A stretch of DNA of 40,267 bases from an uncultured Clostridia bacterium (GTDB lineage Bacteria > Bacillota > Clostridia > Christensenellales > UBA1242). Position numbers and translations under genes: made by a program. Below, in pieces: positions 16,944 through 24,800 of this stretch; positions within the stretch are counted from its first letter, which is position 1; each line of letters opens with the position of its first letter. The notes under the pieces were generated by a model. The model saw nothing but the letters and a program-made list of their open reading frames with translations. It did no database searches and had not been told where the DNA came from. The DNA lies in assembly GCA_947631875.1 (NCBI GenBank), contig CANRMV010000001.1:1-40267 (forward strand), written 5' to 3'.

Positions 16944-17447
16944 ATGAATTTGATTGTTGCTGTAACAAAAGATTATGCGATAGGGAAAAACAACAATTTG
17001 CTTTTTCACCTTCCTTCCGATCTTGCATATTTCAAAAAAACAACAACTGGAAAAGTTGTCATTTTTGGAGAGAGAACATTTCTGTCACTTCCCAAAAGGC
17101 CTCTGCCAAATCGCATCAACATTGTGCTAAGTGACAATCCAAATTTTGTGGCTGAGGGAGCAACGGTTGTGCACAACTTGCCGGATTTATTTCAAAAAAT
17201 TAAAAAGTTTGATGACAACGAAATTTTTGTGTGTGGCGGGGCAAGCATATACAATTTGATGATGCCTTATTGCAAAACTGCTTATATAACCATGATTGAC
17301 AAAATTGTCCCAGCGGACACCTATATAAAAGATATAACAAAAGAAGGCTATGTTTTGCAAAGTGAAACTGAAAAACAAACCGAAAATGGAATTGATTTCA
17401 CTTTTCAAATTTATAAAAACAAAAATATCAAAAAATATAAAAATTAA
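16944..17447 (+). CDS. folA: dihydrofolate reductase
   Basis: IVAVTKDYAIGKNNNLLFHLPSDLAYFKKTT and VCGGASIY motifs. SD AAGGAGAG. Confidence 0.9.
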   Translation: MNLIVAVTKDYAIGKNNNLLFHLPSDLAYFKKTTTGKVVIFGERTFLSLPKRPLPNRINIVLSDNPNFVAEGATVVHNLPDLFQKIKKFDDNEIFVCGGASIYNLMMPYCKTAYITMIDKIVPADTYIKDITKEGYVLQSETEKQTENGIDFTFQIYKNKNIKKYKN

Positions 17448-17506
17448 ATAAAAATTATTAAAAATATCAAAAAAATAGGTTAAAAATATCAAAAAAATGC
17501 GAAAAA
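17421..17506. repeat. AT-rich phased A-tract region containing a 19-nt perfect direct repeat
   Basis: TTAAAAATATCAAAAAAAT occurs at 17458-17476 and 17480-17498, with a partial copy at 17421-17436. A5-7 tracts start about every 9-13 nt. Confidence 0.7.
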
Positions 17507-17518
17507 TCGCATTTTTTA
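17491..17518. terminator. bidirectional intrinsic terminator (folA / glyQS)
   Basis: Stem ATGCGA (17497-17502) / TCGCAT (17507-17512), extended by flanking A and T runs. Confidence 0.7.
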
Positions 17519-17596
17519 TTATTTTTTTGAATTAAAAATTAGTTTTTAATTATTTTTTTTGAATTTTTGACCAATTTTTAATTATATTTATTTTTA

Positions 17597-18964
17597 TTAA
17601 AAGAATATTTTTTCTGATATATAAGAAACCAATTTTGATGTTTCCAAACGAATTTGTTGCATGGTGTCTCTATCACGAATCGTCACTGAATTGTCATTTA
17701 AAGTGTCAAAATCAATGGTCACACAGAAAGGTGTTCCAATTTCGTCTTGTCTGCGATAACGTTTTCCTATTGAGCCTGCCTCGTCATAGTCGCACATGAA
17801 ATATTTTGAAAGGGTGGCATAAATTTCTTTGGCTTTTTCAGAAAGATTTTTTTGAAGAGGAAGGATTGCCACTTTGTATGGTGCAAGGGCTGGGTGAAAG
17901 CGCATGACAACTCTTGTGTCGCCGCCTTCCAAAGTTTCTTCGTCATAGGCTTCACACAGAACTGCCAGCGTTAATCTGTCTGCGCCTATTGAGTATTCAA
18001 CAACGGTTGGGATATATTTTTCGTTTGTGACAGGGTCAAGATATTGCATAGGCTTGCCACTAAATTCTTGATGGCGAGACAAATCCCAAGTGCTGCGGTG
18101 ATGTATTCCGTTCAACTCTTCCCAACCAATAGGGAATTTGTATTGAATGTCACATGCGGCTTTTGCATAGAATGCAAGTTTTTCGTGATCGTGGAAGCGC
18201 AAATTTTCTGCTTTAAGTCCAACATCTTCAACAAATTGAAGGGCGCGTTTTTTTATTGTGTCATAAGTTTGAAGAGATGTTTCATCCTTACAAAAAGTTT
18301 GATATTCCATTTGTTCAAATTCAACAGTTCTAAACAAAAAGTTTCCAGGAGTAACTTCATTTCTAAATGCTTTTCCAATTTGGGCAATGGCAAATGGCAC
18401 TTTGGCACGAGTTGTTCTTTGAACATTTAAAAAGTTTACATATTCGCCTTGTGCTGTTTCTGGGCGAAGATAAACAGTGTCCTTTTCACCTTCAATAGTT
18501 CCGCGCGATGTTTCAAACATAAGTTTGAATTGACGAATTGAGGACCAATTAAAATTTCCGCAATGAGGACACTTAACTTTGTGCTCGTTGATGTAACTTT
18601 CAAGTTGTTCGTTTGTCATGCCTTCGGCAGAAACAGTTCCTTTGGAGTGTTCTTCAACAAGATTGTCTGCACGAAAACGCTGCTTGCAGGATTTGCAATC
18701 CATTTTAGGGTCTGAAAAACCTTGCACATGTCCACTTGCCTCCCAAACTTTTGGGTTCATCAAAATTGCGGCATCAATTCCATAAGAATTTGGGCTTTCT
18801 TGCACAAATCTTTTCCACCAAGCGCGCTTAATATTGTTTTTAAGTTCAACTCCAACAGGGCCAAAATCCCAAGTGTTTGCAAATCCGTTGTAAATTTCAC
18901 TTCCAGGATAAACAAAGCCTCTATTTTTGCAAAGATTTACAATCTTTTCCATTGTTTTTTCCAT
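17597..18964 (-). CDS. glyQS: glycine--tRNA ligase (homodimeric class II GlyQS type)
   Basis: N-terminus CKNRGFVYPGSEIYNGFANTWDFGPVGVELKNNI plus class II motifs. A Gly-specific T-box leader lies upstream. Confidence 0.92.
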   Translation of the reverse strand: MEKTMEKIVNLCKNRGFVYPGSEIYNGFANTWDFGPVGVELKNNIKRAWWKRFVQESPNSYGIDAAILMNPKVWEASGHVQGFSDPKMDCKSCKQRFRADNLVEEHSKGTVSAEGMTNEQLESYINEHKVKCPHCGNFNWSSIRQFKLMFETSRGTIEGEKDTVYLRPETAQGEYVNFLNVQRTTRAKVPFAIAQIGKAFRNEVTPGNFLFRTVEFEQMEYQTFCKDETSLQTYDTIKKRALQFVEDVGLKAENLRFHDHEKLAFYAKAACDIQYKFPIGWEELNGIHHRSTWDLSRHQEFSGKPMQYLDPVTNEKYIPTVVEYSIGADRLTLAVLCEAYDEETLEGGDTRVVMRFHPALAPYKVAILPLQKNLSEKAKEIYATLSKYFMCDYDEAGSIGKRYRRQDEIGTPFCVTIDFDTLNDNSVTIRDRDTMQQIRLETSKLVSYISEKIFF

Positions 18965-19136
18965 ATTTTTATTCTCCTTTTAGTTGCAGTAGAGGAAAAA
19001 CAAAAAGCCTCTATGCAAAATTTTGCATAGGGGCGATTAAATTTCGCTGTTCCACCCTAATTCGTGAGAAACTCACCTCATTATTGTCTTTACGCCGACA
19101 AGCGTTTGCTCGGGAGTTGCCAATTCCGTCATTGCA
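18965..19136 (-). promoter_or_regulatory. T-box riboswitch leader (glycine-specific, compact glyQS type)
   Basis: The minus strand carries the T-box sequence AATTAGGGTGGAACAGCG (19045-19062). The antiterminator has helices UAGGG/CCCUA and GCGA/UCGC with a UGGA bulge. A competing terminator stem (19007-19034) is followed by a U-run. GGC codons are present in the Stem I region. Confidence 0.85.
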
Positions 19137-19142
19137 ATATTT

Positions 19143-19171
19143 ATAATATTAAAATTTTCAAAAAAAGTCAA
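19143..19171 (-). promoter_or_regulatory. promoter of the glyQS T-box leader
   Basis: The minus strand reads TTGACT (19166-19171), 17-nt spacer, TATTAT (19143-19148). Confidence 0.55.
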
Positions 19172-19256
19172 TATTTTAAGCAAATTTTATTGAAAATTTA
19201 CAACTTTTTGATGTTTTTTTAATTTTTTTCACAAAAAAGTTTAAAAACAACTGTTA

Positions 19257-20831
19257 TTATTTTGTTTCCATGTATTCTTCATAGGACATTTGCTTGTCAA
19301 TTATTGTGTTCTCATCAACAATGTCAATTATTCGGTTTGCAACAGTTTCAATTATTTCTTGGTCGCCGGTTGCAAACAGCATTGCGCCTTTAAAATTTGT
19401 CATGCCTTTGTTCAAAGAGGTGATGCTTTCAAGGTCCAAATGGTTGGTTGGCTCATCCAAAATCAAAAAGTTTCCGCTTTCAAGCATAATTTTGGCAAGC
19501 ATACAACGCACTTTTTCGCCACCAGAAAGCACGTTTACTTCTTTTAAACTTTCCTCACCAGAAAACAACATTCTTCCAAGCCAGCCGCGAACATAACTTT
19601 CTGTTTTGTCCTTTGAATATTGCCTAAGCCAATCAACAATAGACAAATGGCAGCCTTCAAAAAACTCGCGATTGTCCTGAGGCAGATAGGAATATTTGAT
19701 TGTTTTTCCAAAGCGAAACTCTCCGCTGTCCGCTTGCTCTATTCCAGCCAAGATGTTGAAAAGTGTTGTTAAAACAAGGCTGTTGTTGGATAAAAACACA
19801 ATTTTTTGCCCATGTTCAACAGTGAAAGACAGGTTTTTGAACATTCCTTTTTTCGTTAGTTTTTCAACCTTTAAAATTTCTTTTCCAATTTCTTGTTCAT
19901 ATTTGAAATCAACATATGGATATTTTCTTGAAGAAGGCTTAAAGTCCTCAATGGTGAGTTTTTCAAGTTCTTTCTTTCTGCTTGTGGCCTGTTTACTTTT
20001 GGAAGCGTTTGCTGAGAAACGAGCAATAAAATCTTTGAGTTCTTTTGCACGCTGCTCTGCCTTTTTGTTTTGTTCTTTGGCTTGTCGGGCAAGAAGTTGG
20101 CTTGTTTCATACCAAAAATCATAGTTTCCAAGATACATATTTATTTGTCCAAAATCCACATCACAAATGTGCGTGCATACTTTGTTTAAAAAGTGACGGT
20201 TATGCGACACAATAATGACAATGTTTTGAAAATCCAGCAAAAAGTTTTCCAGCCACCTGATTGTTTTGAAATCCAAATTGTTTGTTGGCTCATCCAAAAT
20301 CAAAATGTCAGGATTTCCAAAAAGTGCTTGTGCAAGAAGGACTTTCACTTTTATTTTGGCGTCCACATTTGCCATTTGCTCGTAAAACAAACTTTCTTCC
20401 ACGCCCAAACTTTGCAGCAGAGATTTTGCTTCGCCATCGGCTTCCCAGCCGCCAAGTTCTGCAAATTCAGTTTCAAGTTCACCGGCGCGAATGCCGTCTG
20501 CCTCGCTAAAATCAGGTTTAGCATAAAGTTCGTCCTTTTCTTTTTGGATTTCCATAAGCCTTTTATGCCCAAGCAAAACAGTGTCCAGCACAGTTTCGTT
20601 GTCATATTTATTTTGGTTTTGTTCCAGCACCGACATCCTTTCGCCAGGCGTGATTAAAATTTCGCCGGTGTTTGGCTCAATTTCGCCCGTTAAAATTTTA
20701 AGGAAAGTGGATTTTCCTGCCCCGTTTGCTCCAATTATTCCATAACAATTTCCTTTTGTGAATTTCAAATTCACTTCTTTATACAAAGACCTTCCACCAA
20801 ATGCAAGTGAAACGTTGACTGCCTGTATCAT
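19257..20831 (-). CDS. ABC-F family ATPase (YbiT-like), second ATP site degenerate
   Basis: Two ABC domains joined by a charged linker, and no TM domain. NBD1 Walker A is GANGAGKST and NBD2 signature is LSGGE. Both Walker B motifs are ILDEPTN. The NBD2 Walker A position reads LSNNSLVLTT. Confidence 0.88.
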   Translation of the reverse strand: MIQAVNVSLAFGGRSLYKEVNLKFTKGNCYGIIGANGAGKSTFLKILTGEIEPNTGEILITPGERMSVLEQNQNKYDNETVLDTVLLGHKRLMEIQKEKDELYAKPDFSEADGIRAGELETEFAELGGWEADGEAKSLLQSLGVEESLFYEQMANVDAKIKVKVLLAQALFGNPDILILDEPTNNLDFKTIRWLENFLLDFQNIVIIVSHNRHFLNKVCTHICDVDFGQINMYLGNYDFWYETSQLLARQAKEQNKKAEQRAKELKDFIARFSANASKSKQATSRKKELEKLTIEDFKPSSRKYPYVDFKYEQEIGKEILKVEKLTKKGMFKNLSFTVEHGQKIVFLSNNSLVLTTLFNILAGIEQADSGEFRFGKTIKYSYLPQDNREFFEGCHLSIVDWLRQYSKDKTESYVRGWLGRMLFSGEESLKEVNVLSGGEKVRCMLAKIMLESGNFLILDEPTNHLDLESITSLNKGMTNFKGAMLFATGDQEIIETVANRIIDIVDENTIIDKQMSYEEYMETK

Positions 20832-21571
20832 TATTTCTCCTTTTTGTTGCTGGCTTTGGAGTTGGTGTTTTGTTCTCCAATTTCTGCAATTTTTTCATTT
20901 TTATCAATTTTTTGCACATTTTTTTGCGTTTTTTGAGTGTTTTTTTGCACATTTTCTGTTTTTTGAGAATTTTTTAACGCCTCATTGGTTGCAATTTCTT
21001 GTGCAACTTTTTCTTGTTTCTTGGTTTCTTTTTTGTTTATAAGTTTCAGTTGTTGCTCATATGCCAAATTGTATTTTTCTTCTAAACCGTCAAACAATTT
21101 GTCAAAATCCACCTTATCTTCAAACAGCACGTCCATACATCTGCCAAGCACGGGATTGACATTAAAGCATTCGCGATAATATTCAACCTCATCCGCCTCG
21201 TTTGTTTTAAAATCTTTAAGCATTATGTCAAACAAATCCTTCCTTATGTTGAAATACACCAAAACGCGCATGCCAAACTCTTTTGAGCAATATTTTTCAA
21301 AAGGATGATGTTTTATCACATACTGACAGTGTTTTAATCCGTTTTTGAACATTTTTTTTATGTTTTTCTTTTCTTGACCAGCAAAAAAAGGCATAACCGT
21401 TTCATCTTTCATTTGTTCAAGAAGCAAAAGTTCTGTCATGTTTTGTTCGGTTATAACAAAACCTTCTGGCAGAGGACTGTACCTTGTCAGTTTAAAAAGT
21501 TTTCCAAGACGCCTGTTTATGATGTTCAAAAAATTATAGACATCATAATAATTTCCCACTATTTTTTTCAT
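20831..21571 (-). CDS. hypothetical protein with K/N/Q-rich heptad C-terminal tail; leaderless; 1-nt stop/start overlap with the ABC-F gene
   Basis: The ATG at 21569-21571 lies 6 nt after a consensus promoter. The stop overlaps the ABC-F start in TAATG. No recognisable domain. The tail reads QKNTQKT QKNVQKI DKNEKIA. Confidence 0.6.
   Translation of the reverse strand: MKKIVGNYYDVYNFLNIINRRLGKLFKLTRYSPLPEGFVITEQNMTELLLLEQMKDETVMPFFAGQEKKNIKKMFKNGLKHCQYVIKHHPFEKYCSKEFGMRVLVYFNIRKDLFDIMLKDFKTNEADEVEYYRECFNVNPVLGRCMDVLFEDKVDFDKLFDGLEEKYNLAYEQQLKLINKKETKKQEKVAQEIATNEALKNSQKTENVQKNTQKTQKNVQKIDKNEKIAEIGEQNTNSKASNKKEK
20890..20975 (-). repeat. array of about 9 helically phased A-tracts (T-tracts on the + strand)
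   Basis: T4-7 runs start at 20890, 20898, 20908, 20919, 20929, 20940, 20952, 20959 and 20970, a spacing of mostly 10-11 nt. Confidence 0.8.
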
Positions 21572-21577
21572 AATTTT

Positions 21578-21606
21578 ATTATAACCAAATTCCAACAATT
21601 TGTCAA
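21578..21606 (-). promoter_or_regulatory. consensus sigma70 promoter driving a leaderless transcript
   Basis: The minus strand reads TTGACA (21601-21606), 17-nt spacer, TATAAT (21578-21583), then 6 nt and the ATG. Confidence 0.65.
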
Positions 21607-21663
21607 CACAAAATAAATTGTAAAAAATTAAATTTGCAAATTTTGTTTTTATTCGTATTTTGC

Positions 21664-21693
21664 TTGCTTAAAAATATTTAAAAGTTGTATTAT
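21664..21693 (+). promoter_or_regulatory. candidate promoter of the giant gene
   Basis: TTGCTT (21664-21669), 18-nt spacer, TATTAT (21688-21693), in an AT-rich 200-nt divergent intergenic region. This is a weak call. Confidence 0.3.
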
Positions 21694-21809
21694 ATATATG
21701 AGGAAAAAAATAATAAAAAAATATTTTTTAATTCCTTAATTTTGAATTTTTAGTCTAATTTTCGCAGACAATATTTTTGATTTCTCAGGACTAAAAAAAT
21801 GGGGTGTTT

Positions 21810-24800
21810 ATGAAAAGAAAACGTGGCGTCCTAAGTTTGTGGGCAACACTAGCCTTAGTGTTTGTCGCATTTGTTGCAGTGGCGGGTGCAACAGTTTTAG
21901 CTTTGTTCCTTATGGGCAGGTTCTCAAACAATGGTGTTGCGCCAGGCGACGATTTAACTTTTGTTATGACGGGTGGTCTTGGTCACACAGCAGATGTTGA
22001 CGAAGATGGCGGCCCTGTTTTTTACATATCTGAGGACAGTTTCTTTCAAGTGCAAACGGGAGTTGCGGATGTAACGGAAAAAGATTTGAGGCTTTACTTT
22101 GACAACAGCCTGCAAGAAGATGTTGTCTCTCAGCCTGGATACATAACCGACGGCATAATTATTGTGAAAGAGCGTGCCAAAATTGGAGAAAGAATTGAAG
22201 TTAAACTTGCACAAGATGTGGATCATGAAGGATTCCCAAAAGGCGGCATTTCCACACTTTATGTTGGCTCACCAACCAATCCAGACAGTGTGACTGACCG
22301 ACACTGCAAAATTGTTGTGGATGTTCCTGTTGATAAAAGCGGATTTTCAGTGAGCATAAACGGACAAACAGGAAATGAGCAAAATGTGGTTGTCAGCGTT
22401 CCATCCTTTGAAATAGTGCCAACATTCACCCCACAAAAAAGTGGATACTATTTTGCAGATAGCAACAAACCAAGATTGGTGTTTTTTGATATTTTGTCTC
22501 AAAAGATAACACAGGAAGAAGGTTTTGCTTACAATGAATTCAAACCAACAGCCGTTACAAGTGGAACTGCGGAAGTTGTTCGATATTACACATTTAAAAA
22601 CTCCGAATATCAAAGGCAGTTTTTAACTGAAAGAGAACTGACGGAAAATGATGATCGAGAAAAATTAAACGAGGCGTTTCAAGATTACAGATTGGAGCAT
22701 GGCGACCAAGTTGTATTTAATGATGTAAACATATCAATTCAAGGCGTTTCGGTGACGGGCGTTAAAGTTGAGCCTTCCACAACTCTTTCGTTGAGGCTTG
22801 ACAAAAACTTCCGCCTCACCACAAAAAGACCATCTGTCGGACAGGTGGATTTTGGAACATTGAATGTTTCCATTCAACAAGGCAATGAAGCGGCAACACA
22901 ATATGTGAATGCTTTGTATGCAAATCTTGGAATAAAAATTCCAACAGTGGAGCAAGATGGCGTTTTACAAATTCTTCCAGGCTTCCAAATTAGCGGCGGA
23001 AACGTGATTGAAGTTGACAAAACCACTTGGGCCGTTTCCAAGCCAAAAGCAATGACGTTTGAAGATATAAACAACATCTTAAAAGGCGATGGCGGCAAAA
23101 ACAAAATGTTCTATTGCTTGCCATACACAAGAAACATTGTTTCGTGTGATGATTATTATTGGAATATATCTTCTGAAACCACACTCACACAACAAACTCT
23201 CAGCGTAAACTTTTTTGAAGAAAAATCAGGCGGATGGCAAGCGTTCTTCAAATTTAATGATGAAACAGAAACAAAGAAAGATGCAGAACAAACATTTACA
23301 ATAAGTGCATCTTTGCCAGCACAAAAAGAGCCAGAATGGAAAGATAGCAACGCAATTTCGCTGACAATAACGGCAAGTGCAAGTTCTGATGCAGGAAACT
23401 CTGCGCGGGTGAATTTGCCATCGCTTATGTCGGAGATTGATAAGGACAATGTTTACAGAACGATAAGATATTTCCTTGTTAAGCCAACAGGAGAACCAGA
23501 AAAAGTTAATGATTTTGACCCAACCATTTATTTTGACCAAATAGATTCAGGCAAAACTTACACGAAATATTACACAGATGGCGAGGAAGAAGGTGCTGAC
23601 ATTTCAATATCTGGGGTTTCAGCAACAAGTGGCGGCTACACGCTTTACGAATTCACGGGAAACTATTTAATTGCAAAGAAAGAGTTGCCACTTGGCTTGG
23701 AATTTAATATAGTTGCACTTCTTGTTAGAACTGACGCGGCTGGAAATGTGGTTAAAGACGGTGACGGGCGCTATCAAGTTATCAACAACAGTGCAAGCAA
23801 AATTATCACTGTTGAAAGCACACTTTCAATAGAAAACATGGCACCAACTTTTGAAGTGACTGACGGAACATATGGAAAACGAATCAATGGTGAAGGCGAG
23901 GAAGACCCAAACGGAGATTATTACATTCCATCAATGATTAGAGACCCAGAAGTTCCATCTCAACAAAAAGATATTTTGAAATTTAAGTTGACTTTGTCAG
24001 ATGTCACAGAAATTCCACCAGTAAACGATGACAAAATTATTAATGCGTTCACCAATGGCAAAGCCGGAGTGGAAGAGAATGGAGTTGCTTGGCTCACTGT
24101 TGTGGCTATGGATCAAAGCCGAACTCATGACCTAGATTGCATTGAACTTATTTCATTGTCCAGAGTTGAACCATCTCCTGACGCTCATGAAATTGAATAC
24201 ACGGGAACATTTAGCATAAACGAAACGAAATTTTCCGCATTAACTGACGGCATAGACAGCGGAACTTACATCGTTTTGGAACTTAGATACTATGACGGAA
24301 GAGAAGTTTTAACAAAAGCCATCACAGACGAAAACGGAGTTGATCATTTTTATGTTTATTATCAACAACCTCAAAGCATTGAATTTAACAATCCAGGAAC
24401 GGCATATGAATCAGACTCACCTTATGTTTCAGTTACTGTTGATGCAGGAAAACTGACAATCACTTGGGGAAAACAAGAAGGCGGCACTCCACAACCGGTT
24501 AACACGGTGACAGACCTTCAAAAGCTTATATCTTTCACCTTGCTGGACAAATTTGGGCGAACGATAGAGCCTCAACTTGGCTACAAACTCAGGCTGGATG
24601 AAATTCCAGAAGATGGAGAAAGTTCAAATTTGTTGTCCTTTAATGAAGATAGGACAAACATTGGTCAAACATTCAGAGCCACATCTCTCAGCGGAGAAAC
24701 AACAACTTTGGTTGCGCGCGTTGTTGATGCCAGCGGAAATTATCAAACAAAAAATGGCACAGAAAGTGGCGACCAAATAAGATGCAGCACAACAATCAAA

